A stretch of DNA of 64,000 bases, from NCBI GenBank assembly GCA_951406725.2, contig OX597828.1, positions 24,304,001 to 24,368,000 on the forward strand, read 5' to 3'. Shown here piece after piece: positions 12,255-25,920 of this stretch. Within the stretch, counting starts at the first letter, position 1. Every line of letters begins with the position of its first letter. The notes beneath the pieces are model-generated. The model saw nothing but the letters and a program-made list of their open reading frames with translations, was not told where the DNA came from and did no database searches. A program made the position numbers and the translations under genes. Origin of the DNA: Octopus vulgaris. Its lineage: Eukaryota.

Positions 12255-13527
12255 AGTCTGTGCAATAATAATGTACCCTTTGCTTAAATATAGAGGTTAC
12301 TTTCGTTTTCTGCTTTTTTTATTATTATTTTTCTTTGTTTTTAGTTATGAAGTATACAAAAGGCAAACAGGAATATTGAAAGATAAGCAAGCGTGAAACA
12401 ACCATACTGTGAAATCAAATGATGTTCTTAAAGCAACCAGTTTTTCGTCGTCGTACGCCTGATTATCACCACAGTAAACCCAGTAGACACTTAAACGAAC
12501 AAGGCTTCTGATAAGATAACAAAACAACTGCTTGAGAACCGGTGTTGGTTCGTTTACGTGCCCGTTTCAACAGCGTGTGTTTGAAAAAGTACTAAGGTTA
12601 AAAAATTTAAGTACTCGGATCCATTCATTCGACTAAAAATTCCTCAAGCCGATATCTCAGTATGGCCACAGTCGGAAACTAAAACGATTAAAAGATAGAA
12701 GATAATATAAAGGAGATTTCAGATATTTAGGATAAGTGTTTTCTTGGTGCGGCGTAGGAATTAACTTCAGAAGTTTTAGGCATAGTATATCCTTACATGC
12801 CACCAGAGTAAAATCAATATACGTTGTTACTATTGTAGTAAAGTCAATCCACGGAGGAGAGGTATTATTTGTGTACGGTAAGAAGGAAGTACAGGCATTT
12901 GGGGAAAGGAGAATTTATACACATATATCATGGGAAGCAATTTCAGATGTTTGTTTACAGTAAGGAGAGAAATAAGAATTTAGGACTAGACATTTCTATG
13001 TGCCCCATGAGAAAAAGACAGGGCCAATGATTCTTGGCAAACATTTTCATGGAAGAAAGTATTATTAGTCAATAAATCATTTAATACACAATACCAGTAG
13101 GAGATCGTTTTATTGACATGGTGCTTAATAGAAGTTCTTGAACCAAGAAGGAAGATTTTCAGTTTTATCATCGCACTCATCTCCACCTCTAATCACTTCC
13201 ATCAACAACAGCAACACCATTATCAGATTCGTATAAAACAAGGGCTGTTGTCACCGATGGATTGTTCAAATATATTTCCTGTTTCACTGGAAGATGGTTC
13301 ATAGCCACACATGACTTTTGTTCACCGTAGGTCTATTAGAAAGACCTAATGATACGCGGGATAGCGTAACTGATACGATGGACAGAAGCATGGGGGTGGA
13401 GGAGGATTTGCGAATGAGAGGGTGGGGGGCCCATTAGAGTGGGAGGAGGAAAACGACGGTAGGGAAGCTGTCCATTTCATTTCAATCAATCACTAGAGGT
13501 TTAATCAGCCTTTCTCTCACTTCCCCC

Positions 13528-13577
<50 letters not shown>

Positions 13578-14376
13578 TTGTGCATGTACATAGATTTATA
13601 AATCGACGGACATCATGTATAGAAACACATATATTCACAAAATATATGTGTGTGTGTGTGTATATGTATATGTAAATGTATATATATATATATGTGTGTG
13701 GGTGGGTGTGTAGGATGTATGAATAGATACATATGTATGTGGATGTATTTAAAAATATATATCTCTATATATGTGCATGTGTGTATGTGTGTATGAATGT
13801 ATTTATATATGTGTGTGAGTATATATATATATATATAGGTAGGTAGATAGATAGATATATGTGTGTATGTATATATATATGTATATATATATATATATAT
13901 ACATATAGTTATTTATGGGTAGGTTGATAGATTACTGATGATATATAAAGCGTTGTATTCGTCGCCTTCTCTCGTTTTTGTCAAAGTGAAGCGAAGCAAA
14001 TATATTGCTTACGTAAGCATGTCCGGGAGTAGCGAGATTGAGTAGGATTTAAAAGTGGTGGAGAAAATAGCCATTAGTAGCATCAACAGGCTGAATCAAG
14101 ATTGAATGGTTTTGGCGGGATTTGTCAGATCTTGTGTTCTTTGATATCAATTACGGAAGCTATATAGAAATAGAATAGAGATTAGACGGCACAATTCATC
14201 ACGAAATAAATCTCCGAAACGAGTTTCAAGAGAATGATAAATATATATGGATTCTGGATCCTATTTCATAGCACTCCATAACGTTTAGTTCTGATTCTAA
14301 ACTTCCGCAGCACTCCTCGCTAGAAACACAATATGGTATGATATATAACAATAGGATACGATTAGAGTAATGGCAA

Positions 14377-14677
14377 TCTTTATATATAAAAGTGAAGTTG
14401 TGTGAGTGTCTGTCTCCTACGATTTAGATTCCTAACTACTCCCACATTTTGCGGTGCAGTTTAACCAAAAGCGGGTATCTTATAGTCGTGATTCATATCA
14501 ATCCCTTCTGGGTATTAGCGCGCGTCTACAATGAGTCTACGATTTTAAAAAAAATTACCATGATTTTTTCCCATTTTTAATGCATTTTTTGCTATTATAT
14601 AAGGGAAGTAACTCTCTAAAAATGCTTATATAGTTATTTCCCTTACAAACCCGAGCAACGCCGGGCGATACTGCTAC
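14377..14677 (+). mobile_element. Non-autonomous mini-Helitron, copy 1
   Basis: A|TCTTTATATATAAAAG start; CCCGAGCAACGCCGGG subterminal hairpin like that of 6683-7634; ends CTAC|T. Confidence 0.75.
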
Positions 14678-14733
14678 TTATATATATATATGGTATGATA
14701 TATAACAATAGGATACGATTAGAGTAATGGCAA

Positions 14734-14919
14734 TCTTTATATATAAAAGTGAAGTTGTGTGAGTGTCTGTCTCCTACGATTTAGATTCCTAACTACTCCC
14801 ACATTTTGCGGTGCAGTTTAACCAAAAGCGGGTATCTTATAGTCGTGATTCATATCAATCCCTTCTGGGTATTAGCGCGCGTCTACAATGAGTCTACGAT
14901 TTAAAAAAAATTACCATTA

Positions 14920-15003
<84 letters not shown>

Positions 15004-15028
15004 GAGCAACGCCGGGCGATACTGCTAA
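14734..15028 (+). mobile_element. Non-autonomous mini-Helitron, copy 2
   Basis: Duplicate of copy 1 at offset 357; internal segment replaced by (TA)n; ends CTAA|T. Confidence 0.75.
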
Positions 15029-15061
15029 TTATATATATATATATATAATTTTTATATAAGC

Positions 15062-15790
15062 TTAAAACATATGGAGAATAAAGAACGGAACGAAGCAAAC
15101 AAATCGAATCGAACCTGACGCGAAGGCGCTGTCAAACAATAGTGTAATAAATAAAATATATGCATACATACAAACATATATGTACGTACCTACATCTACA
15201 TGTATATATACATGCATATATAAATATATATATACGTGAGTACAGGACACCACAACTAGACGTAGAACTCAACGAGAAACGAAAAAGGAAAAACCAATTG
15301 TTTTACAACAGAAAAACAGAGACGTAGAACTCAACGAGAAACGAAAACGGAAAAACCATTTTTTTACAACAGAAAAACAGAATACAGGATATACTACACA
15401 AGGAAAAATCCCCTATGATCAGCTGTCACTAGTTCGACTCCAGCGTGTTTCGAAGGCAAGACAGAACACGACTCGTCAAACAAATCCTTCCTGCGAGAGA
15501 ATTAAAATAAAATTACCTCGCAGAGGGGTAAACACAAGCAAGAAAAAATGTAACACAAACAGGACGTAAAAACGATACAAATAAAACTACAAAATAAAAT
15601 ACAAGATAAAAATACATGTACAAGAAAATACAATACGAGAATAAAAAAGAAACAAGAAAACAAACGAAAAGGCATTTTTTCTGGCTTAGACGAGGAGATT
15701 CTAGCAGCGCATGGGAACACAGATGTGTGTCTTTACAGTTTGAAAGCCGCGTGTGAAAGGAAGTAGTTTTGGCTAGCAGTGACAAAGATG
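15062..15790 (-). mobile_element. Non-coding element family E (carries the permuted hammerhead motif), longest copy
   Basis: Homologous blocks at 29140-29555 (+), 51555-51815 (+) and 37245-37370 (+). Confidence 0.65.
15410..15470 (-). ncRNA. Non-circularly permuted hammerhead-like motif, core mutated (G8C)
   Basis: Minus strand reads CGUGUU-CUGUC-uug-CCUUC-GAAACACG-N16-GACAG-CUGAUCA-UAGGGG. Confidence 0.5.
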
Positions 15791-15912
15791 AGGAGGGGTG
15801 AGAGAGAGAGAGATAGAGGAAGACAAGAGCGTCCACATAGAAGGTGAGGAGGGGTGAGAGAGAGAGATAGAGGAAGACAAGAGCGTCCACATAGTGGATT
15901 CTCTCTCATATT

Positions 15913-15965
<53 letters not shown>

Positions 15966-16022
15966 GTGTGTGTGTGTGTGTGTATGTATGTATATATACA
16001 TGAACATGTGGAGGGAGGGGTA

Positions 16023-16162
16023 GGGAGTAAGAAGCATGCTTACTAACCACATGGTTCCGGTTTCAGTCACACTGGTCAAGTGTTTTCTACTATAGCTTCG
16101 GGCCGACTAGAGACTTGTGATTGGATTTGGTAGGCGGAAACTGAATGATACTCGTCGTGTAT

Positions 16163-16195
<33 letters not shown>

Positions 16196-16388
16196 CATAT
16201 ACATATATATATATGTGTGTGTATCTGTGTTTCTCCCCCCACCATTGCTTGACAACCGATGTTGGCAAAAGAAATCGATAGAATAAGTAATAGGTTCACA
16301 AAGAATAAGACCTGGGGTCGATTTGTTTGACTAAAGGTGGTGCCTCGGCATGGCCGCGGTCAAATAAATGAAACAAGTAAAAGACTAG
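16023..16388 (+). mobile_element. SINE family A, diverged
   Basis: Head, microsatellite and tail all recognisable, with deletions. Confidence 0.8.
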
Positions 16389-16836
16389 AAGAAAACGAAA
16401 ATAACGATAAAAGTATAAGCTTTCACATGGCAAATATTTTCATATATATATAACAGTTTCATTGGAAATATATTTGAACGTGTTTGCGAGGCGTTTCTAA
16501 GGGAAGGTAACCATGTGTGTGTTTCTTTACATACGTACATATTCGTATGCATGTAGATGACTATTCACAGTCTTAGATTCTCAGACATGCTGCTTCTGTA
16601 TATAATTAGGATCATGTTGACTATCGATTTGTACAGCTATTCATTTTTTATCTTTGCTATGACATGTTTTGTTTTTTTTTGGCAACCCCAGCGTTTTTAA
16701 TTAACAGTTCATCCCAAATATACATGCATGTGCAGTAACACGCACACGTGCAAACAATCACGTGCATATAAATATACACATACAAGCGGGTAGGAAAATT
16801 TGTGCGCCGAAAAGAAATATACACATAGAATAGGTA

Positions 16837-17012
16837 GGCGCAGGAGTGGCTGTGTGGTAAGTAGCTTGTTTAACAAAGACATGGTTCCGGTTTCAGTCCC
16901 ACCGCGTGGCACCTTGGGCAAGTGTCTTTTACTATAGCCTCGGGCCTACCAAAGCCTTGTAAGTGGATTTGGTAGACGGAAACTGAAAGAAGCCCCTCGT
17001 ATATATGTATAT

Positions 17013-17070
<58 letters not shown>

Positions 17071-17071
17071 G

Positions 17072-17108
<37 letters not shown>

Positions 17109-17214
17109 GTATCTGTGGTTAAGTGTTTGTGTGGCTGTGTTTGGCGCCCGACACGCGCACACAACCTCGCTAGACAGCCGATGCTACCTACCACACAGCC
17201 ACTCCTGATGCTGG
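16837..17214 (+). mobile_element. SINE family A, 3'-truncated
   Basis: GGCGCAGGAGTGGCTGTGTGGTAAG head, CORE-like box, microsatellite, ends at GATGCTGG. Confidence 0.85.
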
Positions 17215-17395
17215 ATCGCTGCAATCTACAAGTTATTTTCATTCTCTCTTTGTTTATTCTCTCTATTTTCTATCTGTTGAAGAACGTAGGCTCGAAACGT
17301 AAAAGACTTTTTCATTTTCCCGAGCGTCAAACTAATACAATTGCTTGTTGTTTATACACCTGTCTTCATCTTTCGCTTTTCTATAAATTTCAGCT
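17215..17395 (+). mobile_element. Family F2 HHR-bearing element
   Basis: CTGTTGA-A-GAAC-GTAG-GCTC-GAAA-CGTA-AAAG from 17274; flanks match 6000-6179. Confidence 0.6.
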
Positions 17396-17682
17396 ATATA
17401 TACATATATGTACGCTGCTATGGTGTTTATGGCAAGTTGCATATATGTCTGTTTGAATACATTGCCTGATTACTTATTTGCGTTTGAAAGTGTTGTGGCG
17501 TTGTTTAAACCCATTATATTTAAGGGTTTTAAGCAGTATATATTGTATCCGTGTCTATTCTTGTATATAACTCACGTTTCCCTACTTACAAACACTGATG
17601 CACACATATAGTGTACAAAGCGGGCTATTTATATAGCTACATTCATAGATAATTACTTATGCATACCCACAACGCCTCACCC

Positions 17683-17750
<68 letters not shown>

Positions 17751-17777
17751 TACATATATATATATACATATATATAT

Positions 17778-17853
<76 letters not shown>

Positions 17854-18096
17854 TTTTGCGCGTGTTCGCATATGTGTATGTAGGCAGGTAGGCAAGTGCT
17901 AAGTGGGAGCTTATATAAATAAAGTAGTGCATTTTGATTCCTTGATAATGAGAAATAATATTTGCGAGAAACCCTCACTGAGCATATAGTATAGAGAGAG
18001 AGGAAGGTATCTATAAGTGTCTATGATTGTATGTGTTCGACTGTGTGATTCTATATATGAATACTTACGAAGTTTAATGCATTATATCTATTTGAC

Positions 18097-18173
<77 letters not shown>

Positions 18174-18574
18174 TATACTTCTTATGAATATCGAATGGTA
18201 TTGTACACATAGCTTATTTACACGAATTACGGCTGCTTGTTTTCTTTAGTGAAGAGACAAATGAAAAGTAATTCTTGAACGAGCGCGTGGTTGAGAGAAG
18301 GACATTATCATATAAATGTATACACATGTATGTGTATCTACTTTTAAATGCCGTTGCAATAGTGCATATACGTTATTATGATACATAGATCGATATGTAT
18401 TTATGTAAGTTTATATATGCATATATATGTTCTTAATAGACTGATATTGTAATGTAGGTAGAGGATATTTAGTGAAAGAGTGAAAAAAAATCGATTAAAT
18501 TGTATGCCATTTATAAAAGAGCGACCTACAGAAATTTTAGATAAATTGTTACAGGGAAATAGCGGTAAACAAAT

Positions 18575-19200
18575 ACACATTATCAACCCCAGAGAGTTTG
18601 AATAAACAAATAGTTAGTGAGATTATCATTTTGTCGGTTTTCATAATCATCTTCGCTACATTTCTTCTCTTTCTGTACATATCGAAAACACTTAATCTTG
18701 TCAAATAAGAATATGCTTCACTGAGGAGGCGTAGTAATCTCGAAACTTGCCCATTCATCATCTCCAGTAAGTTTGATTAATAAGTAGTTAGACAGACAAG
18801 CAGGCATTTTGTTGGTGTTAATAATTAACTACACTGCATTCGTTTCCGTTCCCTATATATTGAAAACTTTTACTTTTGTCAAATACAAATATTCATCACT
18901 GAGGAAGCGTGAAAATGCCAAAACATATATGTTGCGAAAAAATATTATTATCAACAGTAAGCTTGAATGAGCAAATAGTGAAATATACAATCAGCTATTT
19001 TTTTAAATAATCATAATCATCTTTATCTACTGCACTAACCCACTTTCCATACCTGTTATTTACTCATAGTCATGTCACATCAGAATATTCTTAATTGAGG
19101 AGTTGTAATGATGCCTAAAATTGCAAACGCATATCATCATCGTAAGTAACTTTAAATATGCAAGTTAATAAAGAGATGGTCAGATAGAGAGACGGTCAGC
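18575..19200 (+). repeat. Highly diverged tandem array, ~178-196-bp units, each with a hammerhead-like relic
   Basis: TGTCA.AT..AATAT..TCA-CTGAGGA block recurs, with the core at 18721, 18899 and 19095. Confidence 0.6.
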
Positions 19201-19374
19201 CATGTTCTTAAGTGTCGGAAAAATCAATGTAAAAATGCCGGAACATGTCTGTCATTTTCACTTGTTCACTTCGCAGGTCAAATACAATTGAATCTCACAT
19301 GGCCTATGTTACCTGAATATTTCATTAGACAGATTTTATTCATGTTATGTACCTTGTTGCTTGTTAAATAGAAT

Positions 19375-19650
19375 ATACGTGGTTTCGTGTTTAAGGTATT
19401 CAGCTCACGATCGTATAGTCGAGAGTTCGATTCCTGGCGGCATTTTGTGTACATGAGAAAGCCACTTTCTTTCACGTTATTCCAGTTAACGCAGCTACGA
19501 AAATGAGTTGTATCTGTAATTCAAACGGGCCAGCGGTGCCACATTCTGTTTAAAATGAATCACCTTGAGAGCTACGTTAAGGGTACACGTGTCTGTGGAG
19601 TGTTCAGCCACTAGCATGTTGATTTCACGAGCAGGCTGTTCCGTTGATCA
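19375..19650 (+). mobile_element. SINE family C (tRNA head + CORE-like), diverged
   Basis: Head homologous to 57919-58050; 3' part matches 7840-7920. Confidence 0.7.
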
Positions 19651-20114
19651 AAATGTCATCGTCGTCGTCGACGTAAACGAAGGAGTGCGGGATTTTTTTT
19701 TTTTGTTTTTTTTTCTTGTTCACATATCACCCTTAGTTACTATCATTATACTCTCCGCTATAACTTCAAGCATTCGCTGACAGCTTCCAGCATATGGCTT
19801 ATGTTAGCTTCATTAAATAAAAGGCATCGATATGAGCTGTCGTCTAGATCATATTCATCGTTGTCAACATTGCCGTAGTCATCATCATCATCATCATCAT
19901 CACCATCATTATCGTCATCATCATTACCACCACCAACATCACCATCACCATCACCGCCACGACCACCACTACCACTATCATCAACATTATCTTCATCATT
20001 GTCACCGTCGTTGTTGTCATCATCGTCGTCATCTTCCTCGTCACCGTCATCATTGTTATTTTTATATTTTATCTAGTTTCAGCTCACGAGCTGTGGCCAT
20101 GCTGGAGCACCGCC

Positions 20115-20175
<61 letters not shown>

Positions 20176-20177
<2 letters not shown>

Positions 20178-21034
20178 GAGTGTGCGGTGAATAAACTGTC
20201 GTCTAAATTAAGCAGAAATGAAGAATTATTCCGACATCTTATTTTAACAGATGTATTTCCCAAAATTACTTTAAAGTATCTTGAAATACTAAAAGTAAAT
20301 TTATTCAATAAAATCGCCACGGCCTCCAGACGACCTCGGAATCTTCTACATCTCTTTTGGACAGTCTCCTTGTTTAAGCTGTTGAATTCTGTCATAATTC
20401 TTGCCTTCGGTTCATCTTTGGTGTTACAAAGAGACTTGGTGGTCTCTCGCTCAACTACGCCCCACACATAATAATCAAGGGGTTACAGATTGCCGAGTTA
20501 GGTAACCAGATGTTAGGGGTGATGTGGTCGCAGAAAATATCTCACAGGCATCATTGGGTTCTCCTGCTTGTGTGGTATGGTACAGAGTCCTGTTTCCAGA
20601 CATAGAGTCTTCCAGAAGCCACTCTCTTGACCCAGAGCAGCACTACCTACTCCAGGCACTTGATGCAGGTTTCTGTGTTGATTCTGAGACCATGTGGAAA
20701 GATAAATGGAGGCATAACGACGCCATCATTAGTGATCGCTCCAAACACCATGATGTTGACTGGATGTTTGATTTTCATCACTCTCGTTACACGCACTGTC
20801 CTCAGATTGACACCCAAACACTCTGAAATGTTTTTGTTGCAGGTTCTGGCGTGAATGCCAAGCGGTACAGCATGTCGTTTACAAATTTTCGGCAGTGTGA
20901 AATGGGCTTTTTATTGTCATAGACGGTGGCCAACTGACCCTACTATACTGTGTAGTCGACAAAATCAAAAGCGAACAGCGCGCATGCACGAAATAGCAAA
21001 TATAAAATGGCGACAATTTACCCGTAGCAACCTG
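20176..21034 (-). mobile_element. Decayed Tc1/mariner-superfamily transposon (maT/DD37D-like)
   Basis: Both termini match the copy at 59271-60247; transposase remnants NPLDYYVWGVVERET and CRRFRGRLEAV. Confidence 0.75.
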
Positions 21035-21054
21035 TATATATATACATATGTGTG

Positions 21055-21119
<65 letters not shown>

Positions 21120-21248
21120 TTTTAATTTATAGGAAAGATCCAGGGGAATGATTACAAGGTAGCCACATGTTAAATATCCCAGGAATCAATGATCATACTT
21201 GTGTAGGAGATAATTCCGGGGAGAAGCGGGACGTATTTAGGAGAACAG

Positions 21249-21451
21249 AGGAAAAATTGAAAATGGAGACAAATGCTCAGGATGCTATTAAATCATTTAT
21301 ATCTTCATATCATCGAGATATGTTTTGATGGATGAATTCAAAACACATCCGACAGGATGAATAATGTTGCGCAATGTATCAATCTTATCAGGGAGGATAT
21401 AGACATTTTTACAGATATAAGAAGCTCAATATATGGGACGCATATATATGT

Positions 21452-21485
<34 letters not shown>

Positions 21486-21489
21486 GTAT

Positions 21490-21568
<79 letters not shown>

Positions 21569-22245
21569 CACAGGTACACATATATATACGCACACGTGTA
21601 TAGACGCGTACACACACGTACTTACTCACATAAACGCACATACGCATACACGCACCAGACCATGCACACATATACACATACATGAACATACCTGCATACT
21701 GGAACAACTACAATCATACACACATATGCATATATGGAAGGCGAAGTTGTGAGGGGAACGCTATAAATTTGAAAATGCCATTCAAGAAATAGACGCCATA
21801 GAGCGAATGAAGGAGAGAATTTGCACAGGAAGAGGGTGGAGAAACGAGAAAATAAAATTAAAAGAGGGAGGGGGAACGAGAAAATAAAGTTAAAAGAGGC
21901 AGGGAGGAACAGGCAAAAGTGAATCGATAATTGTGTTCACTTTTAATGAACGAGTTTACAGGTGTTCACATTGCAAAAACACTCCTTAGCTTTTTATTTT
22001 AATAGTATCAACCGCTCATCTTATAATAATTTCTGCAACGTATCTTCATTCTTTATTCTTACTTCATATAACCCTTATTCCTCCTTCATCTTTTCTTCCC
22101 ATCAACTATAAATTTACCTTTTCCTGTTCCTCCTGTATTTGACAAATGTATACATGTGTGTATGTATATATATATATATATGTATACATATATGCGTATG
22201 TGTGTATGTCTGTGTGTGTCTGCGTGTGTGCGCGTGTGTATGGCT

Positions 22246-22318
<73 letters not shown>

Positions 22319-22530
22319 TCACATATATTGCAGTTTCTTGCATTTGTTAAAATGTCTATTTGATAAGCACTGTTGTTTATATCCTCCCTGATAAGATTGA
22401 ATCATTACTCAACATTATTCATTCTGTCAGATGAATTTTGAATACATCCACCGAAACGTGTGTCGATGATATGAAAATATAAATGATTTAATAACACCTT
22501 GAGCGCTCGTTTCCATTTTTAATTTTTCTT
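21249..22530. repeat. Inverted pair of a ~180-200-bp dispersed element (21249-21426 and 22333-22530)
   Basis: Reverse-complement match through TTAAATCATTTATAT.TTCATATCATCGA and TCAATCTTATCAGGGAGGATAT. Confidence 0.8.
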
Positions 22531-22531
22531 A

Positions 22532-22946
22532 CAGGAGTGGCTGTGTGGTAAGTAGCTTGCTTATGAACTACATGGTTCCGGGTTCAGTCCCACTGCGTGG
22601 CATCTTGGGCAAATGTCTTCTACTATAGCCTCGGGCCGACCAAAGCCTTGTGAGTGGATTTGGTAGACGGAAACTGAAAGAAGCCTGTCGTATGTATGTA
22701 TATATATATGTATATATGTATGTGTGTGTGTTTGTGTGTCTGTGTTTGTCCCCCTAGCATTGCTTGACAACCGATGCTTGTGTGTTTACGTCCCCGTCAC
22801 TTAGCGGTTCGGCAAAAAGAGACCGATATAATAAGTACTGGTCTTACAAAGAATAAGTCCCGGGGTCGATTTGCTCGACTAAAGGCGGTGCTCCAGCATG
22901 GCCGTAGTCAAATGACTGAAACAAGTAAGAGTAAAAAAGTAAAAGT
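22532..22946 (+). mobile_element. SINE family A, full length
   Basis: Near-identical to 164-565. Confidence 0.9.
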
Positions 22947-22999
22947 ATATATATATACATACATATACATATACATACACACACACACATACACATATA

Positions 23000-23055
<56 letters not shown>

Positions 23056-23224
23056 ACGGGATTCTTCAAGTTTCCTTCTGAGAAATTCTTTCACAAGGCT
23101 TTGATCAGGGGTAGAACCCGGAACTATGTGGGTTCGAAGCAAGTTTCTTATCACATAGCGACCTAGACAATATTTGTACAGAAGCACTTACATGATACAT
23201 GCATCAGAAGACATACAGAGCCAA

Positions 23225-23285
<61 letters not shown>

Positions 23286-23596
23286 TACAAACACACAGAC
23301 ACACACACGCACTTTTGGAACACTGAAAAATACTCAGAGAGAAGAATTGCATTGAAATTCTCAATAAAACACATTCCTACTCATCCAGAGACACGCTAAC
23401 ACAGCGAAGTACACACACGCATGCACACACATGAGAAAACATTCAGAAATACACGAGGATGTACACATCACAAGCATATAGAAAGTTACACATGGCCATA
23501 CACAAAAGCGATCAAACGCAATTTACTGAACCAAACACATCATGCAGAACTACAGACAGATATATATATATATGTATGTATATTTATATTTGCATT

Positions 23597-23646
<50 letters not shown>

Positions 23647-23725
23647 CAACTAGATTTCAATCTATATACATATGTGTGTATCTATAGATATATACATACA
23701 TAGCAACGACTGTGAATGTAGATAC

Positions 23726-23781
<56 letters not shown>

Positions 23782-23791
23782 GTATATATAC

Positions 23792-23839
<48 letters not shown>

Positions 23840-25379
23840 ATATGCATGTATTTATACACACACACACACACATATACGTATATATGTATATACAGATAAA
23901 TATATATATTTACATCTATATATGTGCGTGTGTGTGTTTATGTATGTGTGTGTATGTATGCATGTATGTGTGTGTATGTATGCTCACATATATATATATG
24001 TATGCATATATATTCAATGGTTGCCATTGATGTAGAATATCTTCCGTTGAGACATAAACAAGAATAAGAAGGAATTGTTAAATATTTTGGTGAAGTTTGT
24101 GACAGAATCGTATTAAGAATTCAAGACTTCTTCGTTGAAATGCAGAGAGCTAATAAATAATAATAAAGGTGTTTTAGAGTTAACGATACGTACGCTTCAC
24201 CTTCAAAAATACGAACTTAACGGTCCGAAAAAGCAATTCTGAATTTGAAATCTGTTGTTTTGTTCGGACTGTATGATAGGAAATATGCAATAAATATCTG
24301 TTAAAATAATATTTTATCTTTTGCCGTTTATCTTTTTGCAGTTTATTGGTCTCGGTTAGTGGCTGGCGGTCATGCTGGAGTACCACCTTCCAGGTATTTA
24401 GCGGAATACATCGACATTGATTTTTTTTTTTTTTTTTTGGTTTTTCGTTTTAAGTCTGGTACTTATCATGTAGGTAGGATTCTGTTGCCATACCATTACG
24501 TTACGAGGACGTAAACAAACCAACGCCAGTTGTCAAGTGATGGGTGAGGAACAAAGAAAAAACACACACAGATATAAATATGCACGTGAACCTGTGCGTG
24601 TGTGTGCGTGTGTGTGTGTATGTGTGTGTATGTAAAAACAGATTGAGCAAACGCAATTTTACACTAAAAACTAATCTTATCAATGAAGATACATCTGGAA
24701 ATAACATGCAATATTACAGTAATACGATCGGGTTTTTTCGTGCAAAATTGTGTTTGATAGCCGATACACGTAGACGAGCTTTGTACAGCAAACTATATGA
24801 TCAATACCCAAATTGAGCTGGGTACTTACTTTAACAACTCCGAAATGATTAACAGCAAAATTCACTTCGGCGGAATTTGAACGCAGAACGGAAAGACGAA
24901 GGAAACGCTGCTAAGAATTTTGCCTGGCGTCCTGACGATTCTAACTGCTCATCACTTTAACAGAGTTAAATATTAATCTAGACAGTGGTGCTTGAAGGGC
25001 CAGTAGACAAATGGTACGTTCTAAATATAAGTATTTATAAAAGTACCCAAACGTCCTTTAAAAGCTATAACGTTTAAAATACTACGTAAAGGTACATTCT
25101 AAAATCTAATATTTTGTGGCCTAGGTAAGCCCCAACCTGGTCTATGTATTTGGAGAACTAAGCAAAGAGATGCGTTCTAAATAAGGTATTTATGATGAAA
25201 GGCATATTTCCATTAGAGACATTAGCGCTTAGGGTTCTACATACAGACACATTCGCGAAAATGATATTAAGGGAGCTGGTTTGCCATTTATATACAAAGT
25301 CAGCAATTTTGAGAGGAGAGTGTTTTTCGTTACTATCGACTCCACAACTGGATTCGAATTTTATTTCATTGATCTCTTT

Positions 25380-25920
25380 AACTCTTTAACTAGTTCCAGC
25401 ACCAGAGCTACGGTCATGCTGTGACACGGTCGATAGCTTTGCTACACCTTCACTATTTGAAACCTCTGGCCCATATGTGGCATTTGGGGAATGAGGGAAT
25501 TTGATACTGTTGCTTTCATCTACATTTTCCTGATGTGAGGTATGCTTATCCGGAATTATCGACAGGAGGACGGCTAGTTTTGTTTTGAATTTTGTTTTGA
25601 ATTCATCTATATCTACTCCATGCAGGTCTCTCAGGCTTTTTGAGAGTATATTGAAAAGATGTGGGCCTTGAACCCCAAAATGTAGCAGAATCTGCTCCTG
25701 AATCTTGATAGCGATGCTGGGATCTTTGGTACTATGCAGAGGCACCTTGTTCTGCTGTTCAAATAACTTTCAATCCCAAAGTTTGATAGAAGTCTTTCTA
25801 GGATTTTCTATATGCATATCACTGCAATTCTTTCCTCTTACGTTCTAAGGAATAGAGTTTTAGATTTTTCAGTATTTCGCAGTAGATGACACATTGTATT
25901 GAGACGTTCCTCCTTGTGCT
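25380..25920 (-). mobile_element. CR1/L2-like LINE 3' end
   Basis: Remnants LERKR, FGVQGPHLFNIL..SLR, FKTKL..LLSIIPD; 3' UTR ends in a tail resembling SINE family A. Confidence 0.65.

Noticed and set aside
15259-15893. Local ~55-61-bp tandem duplications (15259-15380, 15789-15893)
   Set aside because: Ordinary slippage duplications with no sign of function
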